Positions 54,042 to 64,000 of a DNA stretch of 64,000 nt are shown one piece after another. The first letter of the stretch is position 1; each line of letters begins with the position of its first letter. Position numbers and translations under genes: made by a program. The notes beneath the pieces are model-generated. The model was not told the origin of the DNA and searched no databases. It worked only from the letters and a program-made list of their open reading frames with translations. Origin of the DNA: Gammaproteobacteria bacterium (GTDB lineage: Bacteria; Pseudomonadota; Gammaproteobacteria; G965277405); contig OZ255726.1 in the NCBI GenBank assembly GCA_965277405.1, positions 1,984,001-2,048,000 of the forward strand. Direction: 5' to 3'.

Positions 54042-54205
54042 CTTAACGCATACAGCGCCAGCAGCCACACCACAATCGCGCTGAAAAACAGTCGTTACAA
54101 CACCATCAATCATAATTTATCGAATACCCGCAATGCAATTGAAAAAAAGAGCAAAGCAAGCTGTGACAGGGTATTGCTGCATGATAAGATCTTTCCTAAT
54201 TTAAC

Positions 54206-55594
54206 ATGAAAAAAGAAATGCCTAACGTTCACTCACATTTTCCCCATATATCTGCTTCCCATATATCTGCTGTCATAATAACTGCAATCCTGATTACAAT
54301 ATCTGGTGCGGCTAACTCCCATTTCGAGTTCATGACGGCAGCGCGTATTATTCACATCAGCCGTACTGATCAATTACCTAACACAGATATTGCTGTGCCT
54401 AGTGGTCAAGTGCTGCCAACGGGACTGCGCATTCTGATGCGTATTCCAGCGCCTTTTATTTATGCCCAAGCGCTCTCAACCATAACCAGTCCAGAAGACC
54501 TAGTGGTTGCGCCTTTTCTGCAGGCAAGCCTGGTGGACGGTACCAGGTTGTATGGATTGGATCGCATGGCAATTGGCAAGGATCCAAGCGGCTTTGCTAC
54601 ATTCGTTGCCAATGGGTATCGGGTAATGCAAGCGGGTAAGGAGCTGAAGATGATTCCAGTGCGGACCAGCATACACGATAACCGCAACCTGACGAATTTC
54701 AGTGATATTGAGAGAGCGCTGGATTCATTTAGTTACAGCGATGACTATTTGACTGCTCTCCCTAATGTTGGCGATAGTGTCATCGATATTGATATTTGGC
54801 TTCCTGATGCTGTGGCAACGTCCACTCTCAGTATTCAAAGTGTGCTGCCCCAAATCGCCGTCCCAGCAGATTTTTATCTTGAAAATTTTGGATTTGATCA
54901 CCGTTTTGGCACTGTGCGCCCCTTAAGCGCTAAAGGTCAGCTTAGCAGCCCTATGAGTTTTGACGGCTCCTTGGGTTCGTCTCTCCTCCATTATATCTGG
55001 CAGGGCATGGAGCATATTTTCATCGGCATTGATCATGTATTGTTCGTCATCTGTCTGGCCTTGGCTGCTGGATTGTCGAGGCGAATCCTGTGGTCGATCA
55101 CCGGTTTCACCCTTGGACACTCGATTACCTTGGCATCGGGTACTTTTGGTTTTGTGCCACACGGCGCTTGGTTTCCACCAGCAATCGAATTGACGATTGC
55201 CTTGTCGATTATTGTTGCGGCTGGCTTGGTGCTGTTTAATCTCTGGCGGACAAGGTCGCAAATCAATTCATCCCCTTGGTCGTTATTTGCACTGACTGGT
55301 CTGATAGGTTTGCTGCATGGATATGGGTTTTCATTTGTATTTGGCGATTTGCTGGGTGGATCGGTACAACAAGTGACAATCGCGCTTGTTGGCTTCAATA
55401 TTGGCGTTGAAATTGGTCAATTGTTGATTGTTGCTGCGGTGCTGGTCATAGTGATGGCTGTCAGCTTTATTTCCACACGACTGTCCAAATGGCTGTCATC
55501 GGCAATTGCCGCTGGTAGCATTGGCATCGCTAGTATCTGGGTGGTTGAACGGGGCATATTGCTGCAAAGCGAGCTGGCACCTTGGTTTGGATAA
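54206..55594 (+). CDS. HupE/UreJ-family membrane protein with extended N-terminal soluble domain
   Basis: GMEHIFIGIDHVLF, FTLGHSITL, GLLHGYGF, FNIGVEIGQL. Confidence 0.85.
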   Translation: MKKEMPNVHSHFPHISASHISAVIITAILITISGAANSHFEFMTAARIIHISRTDQLPNTDIAVPSGQVLPTGLRILMRIPAPFIYAQALSTITSPEDLVVAPFLQASLVDGTRLYGLDRMAIGKDPSGFATFVANGYRVMQAGKELKMIPVRTSIHDNRNLTNFSDIERALDSFSYSDDYLTALPNVGDSVIDIDIWLPDAVATSTLSIQSVLPQIAVPADFYLENFGFDHRFGTVRPLSAKGQLSSPMSFDGSLGSSLLHYIWQGMEHIFIGIDHVLFVICLALAAGLSRRILWSITGFTLGHSITLASGTFGFVPHGAWFPPAIELTIALSIIVAAGLVLFNLWRTRSQINSSPWSLFALTGLIGLLHGYGFSFVFGDLLGGSVQQVTIALVGFNIGVEIGQLLIVAAVLVIVMAVSFISTRLSKWLSSAIAAGSIGIASIWVVERGILLQSELAPWFG

Positions 55595-55757
55595 AACAGG
55601 CGGATGTTGCTTCTAACTTGTGCACATCGCGTCGTCTGTTGGTGGGGATATAAATACCCCACCATTGAAAAAATAGCAACACAACAAGCCGACAGCCATG
55701 ATAAGCGGCAATATTGAGCTAAGTGTAAATGCTACGGAGGTTGTTCAGACATCAGCT

Positions 55758-55786
55758 AACAAACTCGCTGATGGAGCGAGTTTGTT
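55758..55786. repeat. REP-like palindrome between convergent genes, sharing sequence with the MITE left arm
   Basis: AACAAACTCGCT-GATGG-AGCGAGTTTGTT. Confidence 0.7.
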
Positions 55787-55823
55787 GCTAATTGCAGTTG
55801 GTGAAGCGCATGGGATATTTGTG

Positions 55824-57647
55824 TTAAGCGCTGCGGCTTTGCTCATTCGCGCTCGTTGCGGCAACGATTGGCTCCTTATGGTTTTGCAGTGTTTGCAGAA
55901 TGGCTAAATATTGTCTGCACGATTTTTCGTCTGTGGCATTTTTTTTTGTTGACTGCAACAGCCAATATATGGTTTGTTGGAGTGCTTGAATAAATGTTGC
56001 TGCTGACGGCTCTAAAATATCTTTTTGTGCTAATGCAGTGACCACTTTCACGAATGACTGGTCATTTAATTCACTCAATACTATTGATGGCTGAATAGTT
56101 GGATTATCGCGTACCCGCTGAATATACGCAAAAATGGTGTTTAAGCGCCGATCATGCAATTGTTCAGCAATTTCCACAAGATACGCAGGCAGACTTGCCG
56201 CCAAATGTGGATAAAACAATACGTGCCAGATTGGGGTTTGCAGTGCAGTTGCCCAATGTGTTATCGGCGCAGCTGGCTGTGTGGTAGACGTAAACTCAGT
56301 CGTGTGCGTGGTATTGCTGTTAACGTTTTTGTTAAGGGCATCAGTCGCTTGGGTGTTGTCGACGAGCTCAGATTTAGTGTGGAGTATCGCTGGGTTGATT
56401 TGCGCTTGTGTGGCTAAGTATTCAATTAATAAGGTGCGATACGAGCCTTGGGGAATGTGTCCAGTCAAATTAGCTGCAGCATCACTAAATGTATTTTTGC
56501 CTTCAACGGTATTGCAGTTATGTGCAAGTGTGAGACTTTGGCTGATAAACTCTGAGAGTTGCAATGCATTGCTGAGTACATTTTCAAATGCTGCGCGACC
56601 ATTGCTGCGAATATGTTCATCAGGGTCAACCCCTTCTGGCAAAAATGCAAAGCGGCAATCGTGACCATTCCCCAAGTGCAGTAATACTGCTTGCATGGCG
56701 CGCCATGCGGCTTGGCGTCCCGCAGCATCACCATCAAAACAAAATACTAATTGCGGTGCGTTACCAATCAGCAATTTTGCTTGTTGGTTGGTCACAGCAG
56801 TACCCATGCACGCAACAGCACCTGGAATTTGTTGTTGGTGTAATGCCAATACATCCATGTAGCCTTCTACAACAATCAGCCGCTGGGTCCGCGCAGGCAG
56901 CAACGATAGACCATAGATTATTCTCCCTTTACTAAAGATAATCGAGTCAGTTGAATTAATATACTTGGGTTGCTGGTTCGCCAGTGCCCGCCCGCCAAAA
57001 CCAACAACGCGTTGTTTGCGGTCGTATATAGGAAACATAAGCCTGTCGCGCATGGCAGGGTATATATCGCCTTGTCTGTCACTTTGCTTGGCAACCCCGA
57101 GCGTTAGTAACGTTTCCGTAGCTGTTGTTTGGATCAGTTCTGTCAGCAAACCCTGACTATTTGCCGGCGCATAGCCAAGACCAAACGTTTTTGCTGTGGT
57201 ACCGTCGATTCCCCTTGATGTGGCATAATCAATGGCTTGTTGCTTGTTTGGATGTTGGTATAATTGTTGCACATACCAGCGTTGTACACGCGCAAGAATT
57301 TGATATTCAACCACAGCAGCGGGCGCAGCAGGCTGGTGTGTAGTTTCATACTCAACCGCAACGCCAGCATAGGCGGCAATTCGTTCAATCGCAGCAACAT
57401 AGTCATCACCATGGATGCCCATCACAAATTGGGTAAAACCACCAGATGCCCCACAGCCAAAACAATGGTATAACTGTTTGTGTGGCGAGACACTCATCGA
57501 TGGTGTGTGGTCATCGTGGAACGGGCAGGTGACTAATAAGTTATTGGTTCCAGAGCGTTTAACCCCTTTGACATGGCTGGTAACATAGCCGGCAAAATCA
57601 GCATTATCTAATAATCGGTCAATAAAGGTTGCGCTAATTCTTGGCAT
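55824..57647 (-). CDS. dnaG: DNA primase
   Basis: CPFHDDHTPS / HCFGCG Zn finger, GFGGR, PKYINS, VVEGYMD, CFDGDAAG; likely true start MPRIS at 57647. Confidence 0.95.
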   Translation of the reverse strand: MPRISATFIDRLLDNADFAGYVTSHVKGVKRSGTNNLLVTCPFHDDHTPSMSVSPHKQLYHCFGCGASGGFTQFVMGIHGDDYVAAIERIAAYAGVAVEYETTHQPAAPAAVVEYQILARVQRWYVQQLYQHPNKQQAIDYATSRGIDGTTAKTFGLGYAPANSQGLLTELIQTTATETLLTLGVAKQSDRQGDIYPAMRDRLMFPIYDRKQRVVGFGGRALANQQPKYINSTDSIIFSKGRIIYGLSLLPARTQRLIVVEGYMDVLALHQQQIPGAVACMGTAVTNQQAKLLIGNAPQLVFCFDGDAAGRQAAWRAMQAVLLHLGNGHDCRFAFLPEGVDPDEHIRSNGRAAFENVLSNALQLSEFISQSLTLAHNCNTVEGKNTFSDAAANLTGHIPQGSYRTLLIEYLATQAQINPAILHTKSELVDNTQATDALNKNVNSNTTHTTEFTSTTQPAAPITHWATALQTPIWHVLFYPHLAASLPAYLVEIAEQLHDRRLNTIFAYIQRVRDNPTIQPSIVLSELNDQSFVKVVTALAQKDILEPSAATFIQALQQTIYWLLQSTKKNATDEKSCRQYLAILQTLQNHKEPIVAATSANEQSRSA

Positions 57648-57680
57648 CGTGGTTAAGCAAATTTTGTTGTTGGCAGATAA

Positions 57681-57969
57681 GGAACCTCTGATTAAGTCGC
57701 TGATGGAGCGAGTTTGATGGCAATTGCTGATGATTGCAAGGCGCATTCCGCTGAGCGCATGCCAAGCTTATACGCCAAGGGATGCAACACAGCAAGGTCA
57801 GCAATTGCCGCAAAGCATAAGTATATTCAACAGATGGACGGAAAAAAACACTGCGCTAACGTCGTTGCAGCACTTGGCAACACCCACAAGAGTATTATCT
57901 GCGCACTGCGTCTAGTTATCATCAGCGTTTTTTTCCGTCTCGCCCATCGTGGGCTTAATCAGAGGTTCC
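57681..57969 (+). mobile_element. IS5-family MITE, copy D (289 bp)
   Basis: Same TIRs; flanks ATAA / CTAA (one mismatch); most diverged copy. Confidence 0.9.
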
Positions 57970-58021
57970 CTAATAGTACGCATGTTCAATATCCATGGTG
58001 TATTGTTATTAGCGACAAATA

Positions 58022-58918
58022 TCAGTCATGCCAAAGCCACGCAGCACCACGGACTCCACTAGAATCGCCATGTTTGGCTTGGACGATTGGCGTTAAAAAT
58101 GTATCAGGAACGATATATGGTTCAATATGTTCAGCTAGGGTGTGATAGATATACGGGATATTCGATATCCCACCGCCGAGCACAAAAATATCTGGATCGA
58201 GGATATTGACGATTAGTGCCATTTGCCTGCCGAGCCGGTCTATATAGCGTTCAAACGTTGCTGCCGCGCGTTGTTCGCCTTGTTCATAGCGCTCAATAAT
58301 TGATTCGCCATTCAGCTTTTCTCCGCCTGACATCCGATAATCCAAACAAAAACCAGTGCCTGAAATATACATTTCGGCGCAACCTTTCAATCCACACGGG
58401 CATTGCAACCCAGGAAACTCATCATCAGTCATCCATGCTAAGGGAACGTGACCAAATTCGCCAGTAATGTTATGGCGACCAGCAACTGGAAGGCGTTTAT
58501 ACGCGATTCCAGAGCCTAGACCAGTACCAAGAATTATTGCAAATACCAAATCATGCCCAGCTGCATTGCCATCAGTGGCTTCAGAAATAGCTAAACAATT
58601 GGCGTCATTCTCGATGCGAACTTCATGTTTGAGCAAAGTTTCGATGTCCTCTTTAAACGGCATGTTATTCAAACATTGAAAATTCGCACCTTGTATCAGC
58701 CCTGTCTCTGGAGAAACACCGCCAGGCATGCCGATGCCAACAGTGCATCGTGAGCCGACTTGCTGTTGGGCATGATGGATGAGCTTGACAATTGCATCGA
58801 TTGTTTGGGTATAGCCATTTAATGGTGTTGGCACACGGTGGCGAAAATGAATGTTGCTTGCTGCATCGAGGACGATGACTTCAATTTTTGTGCCGCCTAA
58901 ATCGATTCCAATATGCAT
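58022..58918 (-). CDS. mak: ROK-family sugar kinase (fructokinase Mak-like)
   Basis: IGIDLGGTKIE, ENDANCLA, GEFGH, CPCGLKGCAE, HGDSSGVRGAAWLW. Confidence 0.85.
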   Translation of the reverse strand: MHIGIDLGGTKIEVIVLDAASNIHFRHRVPTPLNGYTQTIDAIVKLIHHAQQQVGSRCTVGIGMPGGVSPETGLIQGANFQCLNNMPFKEDIETLLKHEVRIENDANCLAISEATDGNAAGHDLVFAIILGTGLGSGIAYKRLPVAGRHNITGEFGHVPLAWMTDDEFPGLQCPCGLKGCAEMYISGTGFCLDYRMSGGEKLNGESIIERYEQGEQRAAATFERYIDRLGRQMALIVNILDPDIFVLGGGISNIPYIYHTLAEHIEPYIVPDTFLTPIVQAKHGDSSGVRGAAWLWHD

Positions 58919-59043
58919 TACTATTAACTATTTCCTGTAATAACTTGGCAGCGCGCTGCGCTATGATTTTGTAAATAAATGATGAGGTTCCTAAGCCGAA
59001 TGTTGACGTTGCCGCCTGAATACTTTAATCCATTGAGCACAAA

Positions 59044-60867
59044 CTACTTTGTCAGCGTGTGCAGTAGCGCAAGTGTTGGTGTTAATTGAATATCACCAAC
59101 TTGGGAAAGCCGTGGTTGCAATGCACCAGTGCTGTCAAACATGTATAACGCTGGCGGTCCAGGAAGGTCAAATACTGCCAGCAATGCGGTGCTGCTGGCA
59201 TTAACTGCAGTGACATCAACAACTATGAACTTCATTGGTGCAATTGCAGTCTGAAATTTGTTGTTTGCTAATACCTGTGTTTCGATGTATTTACAACTGA
59301 TACACCATTGCGCGGTAACATATACGATGGCAGGTTGTTGTTGTTGCTTGGCGACTTGCAATGCAGTGTCTAACGCGGGCACCGTTGTGACTACTTGCTG
59401 CGTCTGTTGATATGCAGCAGCATTTGTTTGCAGCACAGGTTGAAATAATTGGACAAACTTAAGCGCTCCGTACAACAAAGAGAATATCGCAATAGATACC
59501 CCAATCGTACGCACTGCCAGTTGCTTGCTCAACAAGGCGCGATTCCCAAGGTATACGGCAAATACCACAAACAACACGGCAAATAGGCTATCGCTGATTA
59601 TGGGTAGAACTGTTCTGCTTAATGTCCATATCGCAACAAATAACAGGATAAAACCAATGATTTGATTGGTGATATTCAGCCATGCACCTGACTTAGGGAG
59701 CATTTCCTTGCCAAGTATTGCAATAACAACAATAGGAAGACTCATCCCCAACGCCACTAATGCGAGTGCAGTCCCGCCAATGACCGGACTGCCTGCGTGG
59801 GTTAAAAAAGCCAGCAATGCTGCCAAAGGTGCAGTCATACATGGTGATATCAACAATGCCGAAAACATGCCAGTGGCGATCATTCCAAGTACGCTGCTGG
59901 CGCTAAAAGTGTTCAGTTTGGCATTCAGCTTATTCTGCCATGTATGTGGTAGGGTCAAGCGACCAACACCAAACATGACCCCAGCCAAGCCAACAAAAAT
60001 TACAGCAGTAGCGATAATCAACCATGGTTGTTGCAAAGACAACTGTATTGCATTGCCAAATATCCCTATCAATAATCCGCCAAGCGCATACACCAAGGTG
60101 AATGATGCAATATAAATTCCCAGCAATATAAATAACTTCGACCGCGATACATTGCTCGCTTGTACAATACTCACAATTAGCGGCAGAGTGGGATACACAC
60201 ACGGAGTCAACGCTAATGCAAATCCTGCCCCTAAAAACACCAAGGCAATGACCCACCATGATGCATTCGATAGTTTTTGAATAAGCTGCTGGTGGGTAGA
60301 AGTTATTACGTTTGCCAATGCCAACCGCGTAATATTTTGCTGGATGGTCGCTGCTAGTGCTGGTTGTGCAGTATTTTGAACTGCATTTGCCAGCAAATTA
60401 TTCACAGTTCCAGTATTCATAGTTGGCTGTGCTGTGTCAGCAACGCGGATAATGCGCTGTTGTGGCGGATAACAAATACCGCCTTGCCAGCAGCCTTGAT
60501 ATTTGACAACTATATGGGCGTCTGGCTGGCGTGGTTGACTCGTAACAATTGGTATTTGCACAAAATTAAGATAGACATCTTGCTCACCGAAATACTGATC
60601 ATTAATGGTTTCATTGCTCGGCGGATAGGCAACATCTATGATGTCGACCCCAACACCTTGTATATCGAATTTACTTCGATACAAATAGTAGTATGGGGCT
60701 ATCGACCAAGTTACGGCATGGTGTTGGTTGTCTGCGCTAAACACCTCATATTGGTAGGCGTTGGCTACAGTAAGTGGACCTTTGTTGAGCTCAAGCTGTG
60801 GAATCTCCCCAATGGCGTGGGCTGCAACCGTATTCAGCAGCAATATCAAAGCAAATAAATAGCGCAT
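59044..60867 (-). CDS. dsbD: Thiol:disulfide interchange protein DsbD
   Basis: YQGCWQGGICYPP, LTPCVYP, SPCMTAPL, WCISCK. Confidence 0.93.
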   Translation of the reverse strand: MRYLFALILLLNTVAAHAIGEIPQLELNKGPLTVANAYQYEVFSADNQHHAVTWSIAPYYYLYRSKFDIQGVGVDIIDVAYPPSNETINDQYFGEQDVYLNFVQIPIVTSQPRQPDAHIVVKYQGCWQGGICYPPQQRIIRVADTAQPTMNTGTVNNLLANAVQNTAQPALAATIQQNITRLALANVITSTHQQLIQKLSNASWWVIALVFLGAGFALALTPCVYPTLPLIVSIVQASNVSRSKLFILLGIYIASFTLVYALGGLLIGIFGNAIQLSLQQPWLIIATAVIFVGLAGVMFGVGRLTLPHTWQNKLNAKLNTFSASSVLGMIATGMFSALLISPCMTAPLAALLAFLTHAGSPVIGGTALALVALGMSLPIVVIAILGKEMLPKSGAWLNITNQIIGFILLFVAIWTLSRTVLPIISDSLFAVLFVVFAVYLGNRALLSKQLAVRTIGVSIAIFSLLYGALKFVQLFQPVLQTNAAAYQQTQQVVTTVPALDTALQVAKQQQQPAIVYVTAQWCISCKYIETQVLANNKFQTAIAPMKFIVVDVTAVNASSTALLAVFDLPGPPALYMFDSTGALQPRLSQVGDIQLTPTLALLHTLTK

Positions 60868-60886
60868 ATAGCTTAGTGCATACACT

Positions 60887-61846
60887 TTATAATAGCGCGT
60901 GCGCTTGCACGTCTGCATGGTATGAAGAACGCACCATCGGGCCACTCGCTACAGCAGCGAAGCCAATTTCTTCCCCAAACAGCCGCAGTGCATCAAACTC
61001 ATCCGGATGCACATAGCGTTTAACTGGAAGGTGCGAGCGACTCGGCTGCAAATACTGCCCTAGGGTGAGCATGTCGACGTTATATTTGCGCAGGTCGCTC
61101 ATGACTTGCATTGTTTCTTCAATAGTTTCTCCTACTCCCAGCATCAACCCTGATTTGGTGCGCACATCTGCGCATTGTACTTTAAATTGACCGAGTAACT
61201 CTAGTGAATGCAGATAATCGGAACCAGGGCGAACTTCTTTATACAAACGCGGCACTGTTTCCAAGTTATGGTTAAAAATGTCTGGAATCTGCGTTGCCAT
61301 TATGGTGATGGCAACGTCTCTACGCCCACGAAAATCGGGGACGAGTACTTCGATCATTAACTGTTCGTCAGCTGCGCGCAGCGCAGCAATGCAATTGACA
61401 AAATGCGCTGCGCCGCCATCGCGTAAATCGTCTCGGTCTACCGATGTAATCACCACATGGCGTAAGCCGAGCTTGCCAACGGCATCTGCTAAACCCTGCG
61501 GCTCCTTTTCGTCTAATGGCAACGGCCTGCCGTGGGCAACATCACAAAACGGGCAGCGCCGCGTACAAATATCGCCCATTATCATAAATGTTGCAGTGCC
61601 GTTTGCAAAACACTCGCTTAGATTTGGACATTGTGCTTCTTCACACACACTATGGAGTTTGTTTTCGCGGAGTAGATTTTTTACTTTTTGTACTGCGGGG
61701 GAATTCGACAAGCGGGTGCGGATCCACGCAGGCTTCGGCAATATTTCACCAGTAGTGACAATTTTGACAGGTATCAATTCAACTTTAGCTTGACCACGGA
61801 GTTTTACTCCAGGCTCTGCTCGTTGGCGACGCTGTGGTTGATTCAT
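60887..61846 (-). CDS. lipA: Lipoyl synthase
   Basis: [27 protein letters not shown]. Confidence 0.97.
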   Translation of the reverse strand: MNQPQRRQRAEPGVKLRGQAKVELIPVKIVTTGEILPKPAWIRTRLSNSPAVQKVKNLLRENKLHSVCEEAQCPNLSECFANGTATFMIMGDICTRRCPFCDVAHGRPLPLDEKEPQGLADAVGKLGLRHVVITSVDRDDLRDGGAAHFVNCIAALRAADEQLMIEVLVPDFRGRRDVAITIMATQIPDIFNHNLETVPRLYKEVRPGSDYLHSLELLGQFKVQCADVRTKSGLMLGVGETIEETMQVMSDLRKYNVDMLTLGQYLQPSRSHLPVKRYVHPDEFDALRLFGEEIGFAAVASGPMVRSSYHADVQAHALL

Positions 61847-62466
61847 GAAGATAAGTGTTGATAGGTATAAGAGATTGCTAATCGTGCACAGAGTTGGGAG
61901 ATAAATCGATAAGAAACTTGGCGAATAGAGAAATCATTGGTGTAATCAGCTAATTGGCTAACTTGCAGCCCGGCAAAACCACACGGGTCGATATTACTAA
62001 ACGCTGATAAATCCATATCAATATTGAGGCTTATCCCATGCAAGCAACGACGATTGCGAATGCGTATCCCCAACGAAGCAATTTTTTTTCCTGCGACATA
62101 CACTCCTGGGCGTTTTGGATCGCTATACGCTGCAAGGTGAAAACTGGCAAACACAGCAATCGCGCATTCTTCGAGTAGCTGAACCAGCTTGCGGATATGT
62201 AATTGATAGCTATCAAGTCGCAACAACGGATACACGACTAACTGCCCCAAGCCGTGGTAGGTCATCAACCCGCCACGATCGCTGCGATATACAGGGATAT
62301 TGGTATCGATGGTTTGCAGTCCAGCGGCGTTTGTGCCGTATGTATAACACGCTGGGTGCTCAACAATCCACACTGTTTCACAACTATCGGCTGTGGCAAT
62401 ATGCTGCTGCATCGCCAACATACATTTTTGATACTCAACAACGCCGAGTTCACAAACCGCAAGCAC
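61843..62466 (-). CDS. lipB: Octanoyltransferase
   Basis: [31 protein letters not shown]. Confidence 0.95.
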   Translation of the reverse strand: MLAVCELGVVEYQKCMLAMQQHIATADSCETVWIVEHPACYTYGTNAAGLQTIDTNIPVYRSDRGGLMTYHGLGQLVVYPLLRLDSYQLHIRKLVQLLEECAIAVFASFHLAAYSDPKRPGVYVAGKKIASLGIRIRNRRCLHGISLNIDMDLSAFSNIDPCGFAGLQVSQLADYTNDFSIRQVSYRFISQLCARLAISYTYQHLSS

Positions 62467-62471
62467 TGCCG

Positions 62472-62825
62472 TTATAATACCATCCGCACAGCAGTATTAG
62501 CTTGCAAAGCGCGAACGAATGCAGTGAGTTGAGGTTCGTTATCGATATCAGCAAACACCGTTACTGCAGCATAATTACGATGCTTGCTGGTGCGCACAGC
62601 GGTGCGTTGATTGTGTAAGGTAATCCCCGATCGTGCCGCGGTTTGTTGGACGTATTGTTTAATATCAAAATCATGTTGTTGGTCTGCAATGATTTTAATG
62701 ATGTATTCGCGTTGCGGGAACGTAATAGTAACAGCGTTCGCCTCATCAGTTGCAAGCGTAGTGACGTTAATTGGCTCAGGTGAAATATGTGTTGCAGTTG
62801 AGTTTCTATCTAGCAAATCCTTCAT
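62472..62825 (-). CDS. ybeD: YbeD/DUF493-family protein
   Basis: ITFPQREYIIKII, RTSKHRNYAAVT, terminal VRMVL; upstream of lipB. Confidence 0.75.
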   Translation of the reverse strand: MKDLLDRNSTATHISPEPINVTTLATDEANAVTITFPQREYIIKIIADQQHDFDIKQYVQQTAARSGITLHNQRTAVRTSKHRNYAAVTVFADIDNEPQLTAFVRALQANTAVRMVL

Positions 62826-63054
62826 GTGTCGATCCGATATTCCGATATTCCGATAAAGTGTTGAACAGAAATGTTCAACGGCGGTGATTATTCAATGCCA
62901 TATCTAATATGCAAGAAATTTATTGCTAACCGATGATAATACTACCCTTTGTTGAGGGTGCGCTGGTGTGGATAGCTCGTGTGCACAACACATTGCAATT
63001 GCTGGTTTGCGTGTGGGTAGGCAATACCTGTAAAAACTATCCACAAAAATGCCA

Positions 63055-64000
63055 TTAGTGCACCATTCCATGTGGGTCGATTACGAATTTCTTCGCTGCG
63101 CCGCCATCAAAGTCAGCATAGCCTTTTGGTCCATCATCTAAGGTAATCACTTGCACATTGACGGCATCAGCAATTTTTATTTTGTCATACATTATCGCTT
63201 GCATTAAGCTGCGGTGGTACTTCATTACTGGGCATTGTCCTGTATGAAAATGATGCGATTTAGCCCAGCCTAAGCCAATACGTATGCTGAGATTTCCCAC
63301 TTTAGCCGCTGCGGTTGTAGCGCCGGGGTCGCCAGTTACGTATAGACCAGGGATGCCGATGCCGCCGCCGGCTCTGGTCACATCCATTGCTGCATTTAAT
63401 ACGGTTGCCGGTTGTTCAACAGCGGCTTCCACGCCGTGTCCTCTTGCTTCAAAACCGACACAATCAACGGTGCAATCGACTTCAGGAATGCCTACTATTG
63501 CAGCGATGTGTTCAGCTAAACTGCCATCTTGTTTTAAATCAACCGCCTCGCAACCAAAGCTTTTTGCTTGTTCAAGGCGATCTGAAATCATATCGCCGAC
63601 AATAACCACTGCCGCACCGAGTAAATAACATGAAGCAGCGCATGCCAACCCAACTGGTCCTGCTCCGGCAACATATACTACCGACCCTGGTTTGACTCCA
63701 GCGCTAACCGCGCCATGATATCCAGTTGGCAGGATGTCCGATAATAACGTTAAGTCGCGGATTTTTTCCATAGCCGCATCTTTGTTGGGAAGTTTTAATA
63801 AATTGAAATCCGCATACGGGACCATAACGTATTCAGATTGCCCGCCTATCCACCCGCCCATATCAACATAGCCATACGCAGCGCCAGATCTATCACCGTT
63901 TACATTTTGACAAATTCCTGTTTGTTGTTCTTTACAGTTTCTGCAACGCCCGCAAGCGATATTAAATGGAACAGAAACCAAATCATCGAGCTCCATGAAT
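63055..64000 (-). CDS. fdhA: Glutathione-independent formaldehyde dehydrogenase (5' end beyond the window)
   Basis: ACGRCRNC, SDILPTGYHGA, GIPGLYVTGDPG, GLGWAKS, KKFVIDPH. Confidence 0.92.
   Translation of the reverse strand, partial: FMELDDLVSVPFNIACGRCRNCKEQQTGICQNVNGDRSGAAYGYVDMGGWIGGQSEYVMVPYADFNLLKLPNKDAAMEKIRDLTLLSDILPTGYHGAVSAGVKPGSVVYVAGAGPVGLACAASCYLLGAAVVIVGDMISDRLEQAKSFGCEAVDLKQDGSLAEHIAAIVGIPEVDCTVDCVGFEARGHGVEAAVEQPATVLNAAMDVTRAGGGIGIPGLYVTGDPGATTAAAKVGNLSIRIGLGWAKSHHFHTGQCPVMKYHRSLMQAIMYDKIKIADAVNVQVITLDDGPKGYADFDGGAAKKFVIDPHGMVH

Noticed and set aside
62960-63050. DnaA-box-like TGTGGATAG / CTATCCACA as a replication origin
   Set aside because: Only two imperfect boxes, with no DUE or origin-associated genes.

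Overview
Chromosomal window of a divergent gammaproteobacterium using the standard genetic code. The scrambled gene order and IS/MITE expansion suggest a host-associated lifestyle (inference). It contains: (i) a porin-like outer-membrane protein whose predicted loop carries about 49 tandem 12-aa (36-bp) repeats; (ii) a class I lysyl-tRNA synthetase; (iii) the tRNA(Thr,Tyr,Gly,Thr)-tuf-tRNA(Trp)-secE-nusG-rplKAJL-rpoBC cluster, with an unexplained 4x ~35-bp repeat array in the tuf leader; (iv) housekeeping genes in non-canonical order (purM, nadK, proS, yhbY, tsaB, radC, recN, tkt, rpe, parE, dnaG, dsbD, lipAB); (v) catabolic genes (split putA, gabT, ald, fdhA); (vi) a putatively Fur-regulated TonB-dependent receptor plus hemophilin/HphA-like protein; (vii) two toxin-antitoxin modules; and (viii) an IS5-family system of two full IS copies and four ~285-bp structured MITEs sharing GGAAnCTCTGATTAAG ends and CTAA/TTAG target duplications. 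Three of these elements are stacked end to end between a transporter stop codon and the parE ribosome-binding site. All calls come from reading the sequence and ORF track; no database searches or folding programs were run.
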